A stretch of DNA of 64,000 bases from contig NIVC01000922.1 in NCBI GenBank assembly GCA_002269645.1, forward strand, positions 186,001 to 250,000, read 5' to 3'. Positions 1 through 27,149 of the stretch are shown here, one piece after another. The stretch is from Macrostomum lignano (Eukaryota). Below the pieces are notes generated by a model. The model was not told the DNA's origin. It worked only from the letters and a program-made list of their open reading frames with translations, and did no database searches. Each line of letters begins with the position of its first letter. Within the stretch, counting starts at the first letter, position 1. Made by a program: the position numbers and the translations under genes.

Positions 1-45
1 TGGGGTTTGTGGGAGATTGGGGTTTGTGGGAGATTGGGGTTTGTT
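1..45. repeat. 17-bp G-rich minisatellite (GGGGTTTGTGGGAGATT), cut by the window edge
   Basis: About 2.7 tandem copies visible. Confidence 0.8.
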
Positions 46-108
46 TAGCAATATTTAATTGTTTATCACTACTATTAGTAGGTTAAAATGCCAGGATAAC
101 TAAATAAG

Positions 109-437
109 ACTTAAAACATCCGAACAACAACCTGCCCCAGGCTGCCGCAGGGGAGGGTCGACGAGGTCAGCAAGAAGCCGACGGCGACGGCACCGCCGAA
201 GGCGACGACGCTGAAACCGGAGGCGCCGCTCCCAACGGCGAGGACGGTCAGGGCGGCGGCGGCGGCACATCCAGACGGGCAGAGCCGACCCCCCTGGGCA
301 AGTACACCCGGCCTCAGTCGGCTCGCATCGCGGCCCTGCAGGACGAGGAGGATCTGGACCAGCTGTACCAGAAGGCCTCCGAGCTGGTGTACATCATGGC
401 TCCCGTGCCCAAGGCCAAGAGCAAAGCCAAGCATTAG
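109..437 (+). CDS. 3'-terminal coding exon of an unidentified gene whose upstream exons lie outside the window
   Basis: AG at 107-108, then a GC-rich open frame (LKHPNNNLPQAAAGEG...GKYTRPQSARIAALQDEEDLDQLYQKASELVYIMAPVPKAKSKAKH*) ending at TAG 435-437, inside AT-rich flanks. The listed minus-strand ORF 111-461 is its antisense shadow. Product not recognised. Confidence 0.55.
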
Positions 438-998
438 CGACTCGCTGCAGAATTTCTTCATTTGGACTGTTTTAGAGGCGAAATCAACTTCATTTTTTGC
501 TTTATACTACTGAGAGTAAACTGATTGGCCATAGACTTTTAAACCAGTTTCTATATTGTAAATGTCCATGACTAAAGGTTCCTGTGTCGAAACCGAATAT
601 AAATTGGCTTAAGCTGTTTATCTCGCTTTCCTTTGTTATTTCACCAATATGTTACTGACTAACAAAATAGCAAACTGAAGCCCTGTTCACCTGTTCTGTA
701 AAAGAAGCAGAATCTAGAGTGTATGGGTGCAAGAAATAAATTTATTGAAGTAAAAGTTTATACTATTATTAATTTCTATTTTCTGGCGCTTTTTAATCGA
801 GATTTTTGTTTCCGCATTTTTTCTTTAAAAATGAGCTTTTATTTTTATTCATTTGTGTTTGAAACAGGGTTTTATGTGTTGATTTGATTTCAGAATTAGT
901 GTGCATGACGATTTGATTTGATTTCAGAATTAGTGTGCATGACGATTAGTTCACCCTCCTGCTTTCAGTTTCACTCCTTATTGAACAGCCATGCCCAT

Positions 999-1750
<752 letters not shown>

Positions 1751-2691
1751 ATTGAAGATGATCATACGAGCGTATGTTATAATAATGCATTTTGAGAGAC
1801 ATGGGTTGACTCCACTTTTTATGCCTCTCCTAACTGCCGCTACTCGCATGAAAAATTGAATTCCCAAGGGTATTTCTTCGAAAAGCGTTTCGCTTGAGTC
1901 GATCTCCCAGCTGGGTGACTGGGCGGCAATGTTTTATTGCTTTGCTCACCAAAAGTCACCCGCCTCTCCTGGGAGAGAGGAATCTTTGATCGGAAAAAGG
2001 TAGAAATTATATAGAATTTAGGAGCCATTTTTCAGAGAATTCCCTTGCTGAGGGGGTTAGTTAAGCCAGTGCTAACTGTAAGCTTCGGCAGACAACAAGC
2101 CAAGCCACTTAGGCAACCGCAAGCGAGTTCTAACAAACAGACCCCTAATTGGAGTTAACTGCCTGCCTGCAACCGCCGCACCGCGTTTTGGCCCTTCTGT
2201 CAGCCTTGCTGTCGAATTATGGGCCAACTAGAAAATGGGTGTTAATTTGTTTAACTAACTGGACCCCCACTTCACTTCCCCCTCGGTTTCCTTATTTCTC
2301 GTCGCTGGGGGGGACGCTGAGGGTTAGGAGTATAGGGAATAGATATCATGATTAGCTGAAATGGCATTTTCCCTGGCAACAGGGGGCTAGTGGGGTGTAT
2401 CAGTTTCTAGTTATTGCCCATCTATACCCACACAAGAAATTAACCAAACATGACTACCGAGGCACGAGTCCCCCCCCCCCACGGCCCTAAGCCTACAAGC
2501 TGTAAAAACGAAGACTTTACTGCAAACGAAAGTCAAGCTGAAAAACCCCAGGCCCATAATGTGCTTTCCCCTGCAAGTTCCTACCGCCAGATGGCTCCAA
2601 AAACCTAGCAATCCGGTTTGGAAACCTGTCCGCCTCCTCGGTTTCCCATCCAAGATGCACCGCGTTTTACCAGATTACCAGATGCGTTTTA

Positions 2692-3190
2692 CCATTTTAG
2701 CGCCGCGGGCACTCATTTTAGCGTCGCAGGCACTCATTTTAGCGCCGCATGCACTCATTTTGGTGTCGCAGGCACTCATTTTAGCACCGCAGGCACTCAT
2801 TTTAGCGCCGCAGGCACTCATTTTGGCGCCGCAGGCACTCATTTTAGCGCCGCAGGCACTCATTTTAGCGCCGGAGGCACTCATTTTAGCGCCGCATGCA
2901 CTCATTTTGGTGTCGCAGGCACTCATTTTAGCACCGCAGGCACTCATTTTAGCGCCGCAGGCACTCATTTTGGCGCCGCAGGCACTCATTTTAGCGCCGG
3001 AGGCACTCATTTTAGCGCCGCAGGCACTCATTTTAGCGCCGCAGGCACTCATTTTGGTGCCACATGCACTCATTTTTGCGCCGCGGGCACTCATTTTAGC
3101 GCCGCGGGCACTCATTTTAGCGCCGCACGCACTCATTTTAGCACAGCAGGCACTCATTTTAGCACCGCAGGCACTCATTTTGGCGCCGCA
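2692..3190. repeat. 21-bp minisatellite GCAGGCACTCATTTTAGCGCC
   Basis: About 23 tandem copies; explains the ORFs at 2559-3290. Confidence 0.95.
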
Positions 3191-4104
3191 AACCCTACTT
3201 ATTACACTCAAAACTCGAATTAGGAAAAGTTTCTCTCTAACTACCCCGTTCAATCCAGATATTGTATCTAGAACGCCACGGTCGAGCTGAACACACAGAG
3301 ATCAGTATCAGGCCCATGCAGTCAAAGCTTGGCGAATCTCCCTAAAAACTCTGCCGCTATTGAATTGGCTAATGAGGCTGCCCCAACCCCCCAGCACCTG
3401 CACCCCCAGCGATAATCTCCCACTAATTTTCTGACAATCTTTCTTTCATACTTCTTCTTCATTCTTTCATACTGACGGGAGGAATCTAATTAAAGCAACA
3501 GTCGGGCCAACGCCAAGCGGCATTAACCCTATAGGATGAGGATAGATGACAGCTACTACTGATAGCTAATATATAAATTTCCTTACGGGTTACTGGGGTC
3601 TGCCGGTCAGTGTAGAATTGTGCAGTTTTGTTTTAGTGCTGGCTTTCTTTTGCCTTGGAGTTGCCAGGCCCGCGGAGGACCTTTGCAAAAATAATAATTG
3701 GACTAAACTGAAAAAGATGCATTGAGGGTTTAACACGATTAGTGACTTCCGAATAAGCTTTAGAAACAGCTTCAAAAACAGTTTTAAAACAGCTTTAAAA
3801 GAATTTCAAAACATCCTCAAAACTGCTTCAAAAAATCTTCAAAACAACTTTAAAAACAGCTTCAAAACTGCTTCAAAATTTAGCGCGTCTAATTATATTT
3901 AAAAATTTCTAAAAAATGATTTGGACGAGAGAAATTTTGACAGCAGGTTGAGCGTTCTAGCCAAGGAGATCTTTAAACCAGAATCTGGAGCGGCCAGCTC
4001 CTCCAAAGAATCTTCATTATGAGGAGAGCTTCGCCTTATCTAAAAGCTAAGAGGATTTCGGCAGAAGTCTTAAATAAATGAACAAAATAAAAAAAACGGT
4101 GCAG

Positions 4105-4412
4105 CTAAGAAAGCACCAAGGGGCGCCATGAGCACCAAAGGGGCGCCATGAGCAGCAATGGGCGCCATGAGCACCAATGGGCGCCATGAGCACCAATGGG
4201 CGCCATGAGCACCAAAGGGGTGCCATGAGCAGCAATGGGGTGCCATGAGCACCAATGGGCGCCATGAGCACCAAAGGGGCGCCATGAGCAGCAATGGGGT
4301 GCCATGAGCAGCAATTGGCGCCATGAGCAGCAATGGGCGCCATGAGCACCAATGGGCGCACCATGAGCAGCAATGGGCGCCATGAGCACCAAAGGGGCGC
4401 CATGAGCAGCAA
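4105..4412. repeat. 20/21-bp minisatellite GGGCGCCATGAGCACCAAT
   Basis: About 15 copies, ending ~330 bp upstream of the Tlx ATG. Confidence 0.93.
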
Positions 4413-4743
4413 GGGGACCAACAACCCCTAAAGAGTTGGCACACCAAATTCTAGTTCGAAGTGTCCCTGGCTATCCCCCCCCCCCTAATGAGGGGTTGAA
4501 TAGCGGGGAGGGGAGCGAGTTCACAGATTGAATCGGATTGGCTGCCCGAATGGGGAATCGGGGCCGCAGACTCCCATCCCCAACCTCTCCCACTGGGATT
4601 CCTGCCGCACCAGTAGAACTGGGCTTAGCTTACTTATATACTCCGGACAAGTCTGAATAGTCACCAACGAAAACAAACAAACCCTTAAAAAATATCCACA
4701 CAAAGAGATCTTAGATCTTAGTATCTTAGAAAATACCAAAAAC

Positions 4744-6932
4744 ATGTCCCAACTGGCAGCAAGCTCGGGGACTACTAAATCCAATGGATTTCGAATCGAT
4801 CAATTGCTTGGCAACAGCAAAAATAACAACAATATTAATGAGGACGATGTCGAGTCAGCGCAGTTGCCTGTACAGCAGCACCTGCCGTTGCACAATCACC
4901 ACCAGCTGTTCTACAATCCTTGCTCCGCGGCTGTGGCGCCCCTGATGCCATCTGGAGATCTTGGAGCTGCTAATCTGTTTATCTGGAGTCTGCTCAGGCA
5001 GCAGCAGCAGCAGCCTTCAGGTCAAGCGACACCGCAGCAGCAGCTGCAGCAGCAGCAGCTGCAGCAGCAGCCACCACCGCCGCCTCCGCCACCGCCTCCG
5101 CAGTCGCAGCAACAGCAGCCCAGTCTGTCTGGCTTGCAGGCCCAGTGGCTGGAGGCTCTGCGCAAGGAACGCCTGCTGTGTAAGAGAGTCCTCGTATTAT
5201 TAAATCATTCTCTAACTTCATTTCGTGTCATATGCCTAATTTATGCAGTTATGCGTGCAATTTGCTGTTGATGTTGTCGATTATGTTGTCGTTGGTGATG
5301 TTGCTGCTACTATTGATAGTGTTGTTGCTGTTGTCGATAATGTTGTTGCTGTTACTGATGATGTTGTTGCTGCTGATTTGATGTTTTCGCGACTAAATTT
5401 TCCCGAAAAAAATCAATAAAAATCATTTCAGATCCCAGACGAATCGGTCATCCCTATCAAAATCGGTCACCGCCAAAGCGAAAGAAGCCTCGTACATCGT
5501 TCTCCAGATTTCAGGTAACCCCATTGTAGACATCGCTCTCTTATCTCTCCCCGTGGGGGGGGGCAAAATTACTAGTCCTACATGTATATACTAAAATATA
5601 AACCAATGTACATGCGAATACCCTAATTGCAGGTGATGGAGCTTGAAAAGCGATTTCATCAGCAAAAATATTTGGCTTCGTCTGAACGGGCCACTCTGGC
5701 CAAAGGCCTCAAAATGACTGACGCGCAAGTGAAAACTTGGTTTCAAAATCGCCGGACTAAATGGCGGTGAGTTGAATCTTTCTCGACGGAAATCTGGATA
5801 ATAAAATATTGTACAAGGGGAACGCATCTCCCCCTCCCTCTCACCGCTCTCCCTCTCACCGCTCTCCCCCTCCCTCTCACCGCTCTCCCTCTCCCTCTCA
5901 CCGCTCTCTCTCTCCCTCTCACCGTTCTCCCTCTCCCTCTCACCGCTCTCCCTCTCACCGCTCTCCCTCTCCCTCTCACCGCTCTCTCCCTCCCTCTCAC
6001 CGCTCTCCCTCTCCCTCCCACCGCTCTCCCTCTCACCGCTCTCCCTCTCACCGCTCTCCCTCTCCCTCTCACCGCTCTCCCTCTCCCTCTCACCGCTCTC
6101 TCTCTCCCTCTCACCGCTCTCCCTCTCCCTCTCACCGCTCTCCCTCTCACCGCTCTCCCTCTCCCTCTCAACGCTCTCTCCCTCCCTCTCACCGCTCTCC
6201 CTCTCCCTCCCACCGCTCTCCCTCTCCCTCTCACCGCTCTCCCTCTCCCTCTCACCGCTCTCCCTCTCCCTCTCACCGCTCTCCCTCTCCCTCTCACCGC
6301 TCTCTCTCTCCCTCTCACCGCTCTCCCTCTCCCTCTCACCGCTCTCCTCTCCCTCCCACCGCTCTCCCTCTCCCTCTCACCACTCTCTCTCTCCCTCTCA
6401 CCGCTCTCCCTCTCCCTCTCACCGCTCTCCCTCTCACCGCTCTCCCTCTCACCGCTCTCCCTCTCCCTCTCAACGCTCTCTCCCTCCCTCTCACCGCTCT
6501 CCCTCTCCCTCCCACCGCTCTCTCTCTCCCTCTCACCGCTCTCCCTCTCCCTCTCACCGCTCTCCCTCTCCCTCTCACCGCTCTCTCTCTCCCTCTCACC
6601 GCTCTCCCTCTCCCTCTCACCGCTCTCCCTCTCACCACTCTCCCTCTCCCTCTCACGGCTCTCCCTCTCCCTCACCGTCCGGCCACAGACGGCAGACCAC
6701 TGAGGAGCGCGAGGCAGAACGTCAGGCTGCCAGCCGCTACTTGATGGGCATCCAAGCCGCCGCCGCGGCCGCCGCTGCCGCCTCCGTCAATCCGCAGCAG
6801 CAGCAGCCGCCGCCGCCGCCGCCAATGCCGACAAGTTGGTCGGAAGTTGTCGACGGAAGTCTGCAAGACGATGACAGCGCTGGCGAGGATGGGGAAAACG
6901 CCCATGACGGCTGCGGCTTTGATGAGGAATGA
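4744..6932 (+). CDS. TLX: Tlx/Hox11/C15-class NK-like homeobox transcription factor, 4 exons, 298 aa
   Basis: Exons 4744-5179, 5432-5514, 5633-5766, 6689-6932, all GT-AG and in frame. N-terminal eh1 motif FRIDQLL; Tlx-diagnostic [21 protein letters not shown]; homeodomain ...[15 protein letters not shown] with Thr47; post-homeodomain [12 protein letters not shown]. Confidence 0.95.
5826..6677. repeat. Pyrimidine-rich CTCTCCCTCTCACCG satellite filling Tlx intron 3
   Basis: 15-23-bp unit variants; ends about 10 bp before the exon 4 acceptor. Confidence 0.95.
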
Positions 6933-7194
6933 ACTGTCTTTGAGCAAGCGGAATTTAAATTTTGAGTGTTCTTAGTTATGTACAACTTCGCATAAAATTT
7001 GTACGCTTCTAAAATTGTACTAAATGGCACCAAAAATGCTCCTATATCTACTATTAAGGCTTCAATTATTTTGTATATTGATTACTGGGTCAGATTTAAC
7101 TCTGTTCAGCATAGTTCATTTTAGTCGATAACATTAATACATGTATATTCAAGTGTGTTTATTGAAAAAATATGTTTTCTGAACATTCTCTCAA

Positions 7195-7525
7195 CACACA
7201 GACAGAAAACACAGACAGAACACACAGAAGCAGACAGAAACAGACAGAAAACACAGACAGAAACAGACAGAAAACGGACAGAAACAGACCTAGACAGTAA
7301 CAGACAGAAACAGACAGAAACAGACAGAAAACAGACAGTAACAGACAGAAACAGACAGAAACAGACAGAAACAGACAGAAAACAGACAGTAACAGACAGA
7401 AACAGACAGAAACAGACAGAAACAGACAGAAAACAGACAGTAACAGATAGAAACAGACAGAAAACAGACAGTAACAGAGAGAAACAGACAGAAACAGACA
7501 GAAAACAGACAGAAAACACAAGAAA
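7195..7525. repeat. ACAG-derived satellite (AACAGACAGA)
   Basis: Tandem 10-bp core with higher-order variants. Confidence 0.93.
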
Positions 7526-7930
7526 ACATTAAAGAAATGATCAAAGATAATGAGATGAAGTTCAAGAGAAAAGCAGACGTGCAGTCCATAATCCAGCATC
7601 AATCGAATTGTCATTCAATGATGGATTACCAAAAGCAATTTAATAGCTCTCGAAGCATCTTTTACAGAACAGATAGAATTTGACGTGGCGGGCAAGCGGC
7701 AGCTTATGGGTGAGAAATTAACTCTCCATTGAATTTGAGTGAATTGAACGATCTGAGGCCTGGGCCCGCATCAACATTAAGATGGAGGCGGAGAGCTTGG
7801 GGAGATTAACTGAATGACCGCCCTAGGGTTGGGGGCTATAAGCCATTGGCCAGGGACCCCTCGGAGATCTCCTTCGCGGACTGGAAGCCCCCACTGGAGG
7901 GATAAAGTAGTTTATGCAAAAAATACACCT

Positions 7931-8968
7931 TCTGACACCTCGATTTTGTTCCTGACATCTGAATTCCATTCCTGACACTTGGATTTTGTTCCTGACACCT
8001 CGATTCCGCCCCTGACATCTCGATTCCGCCCCTGACACCTCGATTCCGCCCCTGACACCTCGATTCTATTCCTGACGTCTCTATCCTTTCTTGACACCTC
8101 GATTCCGCCCCTGACACCTCGATTCCGCCCCTGACACCTCGATTCCGCCCCTGACACCTCGATTCCGCCCCTGACACCTCGATTCCGCCCCTGACACCTC
8201 GATTCCGCCCCTGACACCTCGAGTCCGCCCCTGACACCTCGATTCCGCCCCTGACATCTCTATCCTATCTTGACACCTCGATTCCGCCCCTGACACCTCG
8301 ATTCCGCCCCTGACACCTCGATTCCGCCCCTGACACCTCGAGTCCGCCCCTGACACCTCGATTCCGCCCCTGACATCTCTATCCTATCTTGACACCTCGA
8401 TTCCGCCCCTGACAGCTCGATTTTATTCCTGACATCTCTATCCTATCTTGACACCTCGATTCCGCCCCTGACACCTCGATTCCGCCCCTGACACCTCGAT
8501 TCCGCCCCTGACACCTCGATTCCGCCCCTGACACCTCTATTCCGCCCCTGACATCTCTATCCTATCTTGACACCTCGATTCCGCCCCTGACACCTCGATT
8601 TTATTCCTGACATCTCTATCCTATCTTGACACCTCGATTCCGCCCCTGACACCTCGATTCCGCCCCTGACACCTCGAGTCCGCCCCTGACACCTCGATTC
8701 CGCCCCTGACATCTCTATCCTATCTTGACACCTCGATTCCGCCCCTGACACCTCGATTCCGCCCCTGACACCTCGATTCCGCCCCTGACACCTCGATTCC
8801 GCCCCTGACACCTCGATTCCGCCCCTGACACCTCGATTCCGCCCCTGACACCTCGATTCCGCCCCTGACACCTCGATTCCGCCCCTGACACCTGGATTCC
8901 GCCCCTGACACCTCGATTCCGCCCCTGACACCTCGATTCCGCCCCTGACATCTCTATCCTATCTTGAC
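7931..8968. repeat. 20/21-bp minisatellite GACACCTCGATTCCGCCCCT
   Basis: About 50 copies with a recurring CTCTATCCTATCTT variant unit. Confidence 0.95.
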
Positions 8969-9871
8969 ACCTCAACACCGCATGTCAAAAACACTTGGAC
9001 ACTTTCCAGAACCTCTATTGGTAACTTTATTACATTTCATCAAAAAGGTTCTGCCAAAATTTCATTCGGAACGGAGCCCCTTTTCAATTTACAAATTTAG
9101 GACATTTTCCCGCCCAGTCCAATGCTCCAGTTCCAAGGGTCCTTGGCCATGACCGTGGGGTAGAAGAGAATAATCAGTGTTAAGAAGATGAGCGGTATAT
9201 TATAGTAACAGGGTGCAGGGCCGCCCCCCCCCAAAACCCTCTTTCCAATAATGAAATTATAAAACCGTTTCTTCAGCCAAGCGCCGCCAGCCATTTCGAT
9301 GTAATCTCGAATGACACGTTAAAAATGAAAATTGCCGGCCACAGAGAGATAAACTGGTTAGCATTGATCGGGGCGGGGGGAACCAGGCTGATGGGGACGG
9401 GGATGCTGGGACGCAGCGGAGGGAGCCGCCATGTGAAACAGCATTTAGTTAAAAAGTCATTTCTCGCCTCTCATCTCACGGGCCATCCAGCGTTGGCAAC
9501 ACAGGCTGAGCTGATAATGGCCTTTTAAAGCGATTTTTTCTTTGCAAAATTTATTTAATACTTCATCAACACGCGTTGCCAAGGGGCTATTAAGGATTCT
9601 GGATGATTGCGCGAAGAGGATATTCAATTAGGCTGGGTTATGGCCGCCACAGCTCCGCGGATGAGCTGAGTGCCCCGGCTCCAGCTGTTTCTATTAGGGT
9701 TGGTTCTGACAACTTGGATCCTTGATTCTTGACAGTTAGTTCAGCTGCGATGTGTTATGCAAGCTGGAGACTGAGCTTGGTTTGTTTTTGAAACTAAAAG
9801 TGTCGCTTGATCTTGCTCCATTGCCGGCATTAATATTCAAGCTTTTATACACGTCATCGCCTTCCGTCACA

Positions 9872-10237
9872 CCTCATCAGCCTCCCTGACTCCTCATCAG
9901 CCTCCCTGATTCCTCATCAGCCTCCCTGATTCCTCATCAGCCACCCTGATTCCTCATCAGTCTCCCTGACTCCTCATCAGCCTCCCTGATTCCTCATCAG
10001 CCTCCCTGATTCCTTATCAGCCTCCCTGATTCCTCATCAGTATCCCCGATTCCTCTTCAGCCTCCCTGACTCCTCATCAGCCTCCCTGATTCCTCATCAG
10101 CCTCCCTGACTCCTCATCAGCCTCCCTGATTCCTCATCAGCTTCCCTGATTCCTCATCAGCCTCCCTGATTCCTCATCAGTATCCCCGATTCCTCATCAG
10201 CCTCCCTGATTCCTCATCAGCCTCCCTGATTCCTCAG
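9872..10237. repeat. 20-bp minisatellite CCTCATCAGCCTCCCTGATT
   Basis: About 18 tandem copies. Confidence 0.95.
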
Positions 10238-10691
10238 CATTACCCACCATCACACTCCATTGACGTTTCCTGCTATTTATCATTTTCAAAATCCCACGCT
10301 ACTATGAATACTATAAGAGATCTTGATTTTTATTTTTTTTCAAAAACAGTTCCTACGAGTAACTACAGAATATACACAAATAGTAAAGTTTCTAAGTTTA
10401 TCGGTAATATTGTTTATGACAAGTAACTTTTAATAAGGTAAGTCTCAATTATTGATTATAAGCAAAAAAGAAAGATAACTCTGTAATTGAAAGTAAAGAT
10501 TGATCAAATTAATAAAAAATACACATTATGATATATTTTTAAAGAGTTGCCGGCGTGAATAATTACCCAACAAGAATAAACTAATCTTCTATGATGCAAG
10601 TGTTTTAACAGCTATTGGGAATACATAAGTACAAAGAACAAGACTAGTAAATATTGAGGTTCATCTACTTCGAAATGAAAACAACATTAAT

Positions 10692-11323
10692 TAGTATACC
10701 CTTTTGCGATCTAGTCTGTCAAAGCTGCAATCAATTTTGCCCGCGGAAAAATATCACTTATAATTTTGCTGTCCATGCCAAGTCTGCTCAGTCAGGACCA
10801 GAGTTTCAGCCACAGACAACTCTTTGAAAACTGCAATCAATTTTGCCAAAACTGCGACCTTAGTTTGCCCATAGCAAGCCAAGAAGAATTTTTATTGAGA
10901 ATCAATTCGGAAGTGTGACGAAATAAACTGTAACAGTGAACAATAAACAGCGAGTTTATAATGGCAGACGTAGGCACAAATGCTCATCAATCATAGCATT
11001 GTTAAGGGACCTCCGCTTGGCACCTCCGCGAGGCAGAGGCTCTATACGACCGGTTGCGTTGAATTATCCAACTATGTAAGTCACGGTTCTTCGTGAGATG
11101 CCCAACAGCCTACCGAAATCTTGCCAGTCCTCTCCATCCTGATATGCTTGAATCAATCGCTGCCGGTCCTTCGCTGAAATCCTGTTATAAGGTCCACGCT
11201 GGGCCATTCTTTGATCTTGCTATGTACGTCTGTGGTGTTTTCTTTGCTATGAGCAAACTAAGGTCGCAGTTTTGGCAAAATTGATTGCAGTTTTGGCAAA
11301 CTAGATCACAAAAAGGTATATTA
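10692..11323. mobile_element. Non-autonomous MITE-like element with nested inverted repeats
   Basis: Outer TAGTATACCCTTTTGCGATCTAGT pairs with ACTAGATCACAAAAAGGTATATTA. An inner ~50-bp near-perfect inverted pair lies at about 10827-10878 and 11243-11294. No coding capacity seen. Confidence 0.6.
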
Positions 11324-12215
11324 AAGTCTGCATAGACAGTTGCAGTACAAGCATCATGCTTCAGCCGTGGATTTTCTTACAAATGAATGATTCCTGCACG
11401 GTCACAAGTGCACGCGATGTCCTTCACGCACGAGTGGTCATAGACATATTTAAGCAAGAAAAACCAACTATCAGATTTTTTCTCACTGAAATCGTCTATG
11501 GCAAAACCCTGGTCAGAGCTATGCGTTCTCTATTAGAGAATACTAAATATAGTACACCAGCGACAAGACAAATATGACATTTCTTACAGGCTTCAGTCTC
11601 ATTTCTAAGAAAATCCTTCTACTGCAACTGTCAATTACAGCTGTAGACACAACGATTGATAAAAATACAAAAGTTGCAACTTCTTCTAATAAACAAATAT
11701 ATACGAGACACTAAAATTACTTCAACTAGCTACTGTTTCTTATCAGGAAAACGACGAAAATACGACAACATGCAAACTACTCTACTTTAAGTACCGATAA
11801 GCAGACCTGATATATTCCAGGTCGTACAGTGCTCGCCATGTGAGGGATCGCAGCTCCTATCTTGTATATCTACGGCAGCTAACATAGCAGCTTAAAGCGA
11901 CTGCTTAATTATAGTAATGTTAATTCGGGCGGTGGGCACCCGGGTGCAATGTCTTCGTCGACATTGTGACACACCAGCGCTGAGGCAATTCTGCCCCACT
12001 CCGCGGACTCTTGAGCACATACAGCACACACACATAGTATCTAACCGCGGTCAATTCAGCTTAACTCGAAGCACTCCCCCTTCAATACTGCACTCTTCAA
12101 GCCTTCAAAACGCAGATAAACGCTATGAATGAATGTATGTGAAGCTAATCGGTGTAAAGTGTGCAAAAACGACACCAATATTGTTTCAAACAGATGCCCA
12201 GTGAAGCCAGTTCAT

Positions 12216-25676
<13,461 letters not shown>

Positions 25677-27149
25677 GCTTAGTTACTAACTTCTAGTTGC
25701 TTTGAATAAGCCTATCTTGGAATGGGATTCGCGGAGAGGGATTTCAGTCTTAGCAATCCAGCAGGCGTGGAATTTAAATATACGCCAAAAATAGAATCTC
25801 CCGCGTATTCGCAATCGTGATTAACGCGATTTTCCGGATTTATTTCTGAGCGGGTAATATTTGAGAAGCGAGGCGAAATTTTAGTTAATTCGATGAGCTT
25901 GTGGTTGTGTAATTTTTTACGAAATTACAATAAACAACCAACAGAATTTTTTCTTGAAATGGGTGAGGGCTCTTACAGAAACATTTAGACTCACCCAAAA
26001 AAGGCTATCGAATTAGTTGGAGTGTCAATGACTCGCTCGGAATGACACTGGTGGGAGTCTCTCAGTGAGACACTGACTCACTTAAAAATTCACTGGTGAA
26101 GAAGTCGGTGAACTAGTGAACTGGTGGACACGCACCATGTAACAATGATAATGAAATGAAAGGTTTGCTGTATTTTTTCAGAGTAATTGATCGATTGCGG
26201 TTGCAATATAAAAACAAGGCACGTACAGAAGACTAAAAAAGCTAGCGAGATGATGTACTGTAGAAAGATTTGGCCAAAGCAGTAGCAATCAAAATAAAGC
26301 AAGAATAAAATTGCTACGCTTTTTTGCGTTTAGTTGTAACTTTAATTGTAAAATGTAATGGAAATGTGCTTAAAAGGACCATGAAACACTGAATTAGTGA
26401 AGGTAAAAATGGACAAATTTGTCCTGTACTTTACAATCTATGTAACACTCAAACACAGTTATACACAACAAGTATAATTGGAAAAAAATGTTAGGATTCG
26501 TTAGTATCGGGCGGGGAAAATTTCGATAGTAAACTTATTGTTTAAAAGTTAATAAAAGCGAATGATAAAATGGATGGCAAAAGTTCTCCGCCCCCCCTCA
26601 CGGGACTTTACCTTCCAGAATCCGCCCCCCCCCTCAAAAAATTTCTGGTTGCGCTACTGTCTAGCCCCACTCTAGACTCAGATTATATGATAGGTCTGCC
26701 CGCATGACCGCGTGAGGTGGGTGGGTAAGGTTTAATGATTTTCTGGCCGACCCTCTAACCCCCAACTCCTCCCCGCTCTAGCCCTTCCGATATCGCCAAA
26801 TCTCTCTCTGCCTTATGCGTGTGGGTTGGAATGAGTTTATCGATTTTTTGGTCGGCCTTCAACCCCCTACCCGGCCTTTTTTCTTGTCCCTGCAACTCTT
26901 GATTACCTCTGCACATATTTTCGGCTATCGAACACTTGTACACGGCTATTTTATGGCTAGCTTTATCTGCAAATAGAAAACTTAAGTCGCAGGATATTAA
27001 ATGAGACTTTAGTCATGAGATTCGTGAGACTTAATACTCGTACGTAACTCCCAAATTATTTTTTTGGATTAAAAACTTTTTTGTTGGCCAAAACAATCGC
27101 TGACTTGGCTTGTTCTGAGCTGAATTGGTCTCTTAAGTATTCCTCATAA

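Noticed and set aside
9250-9850. Unique sequence with TAAT/ATTA motifs as a possible Tlx enhancer
   Set aside because: Such short motifs are expected by chance; needs conservation or chromatin data.
26590-26660. CAGTAGCGCAACCAG…GGGGGG motif on the minus strand resembling a hAT-MITE end
   Set aside because: No matching opposite end found.
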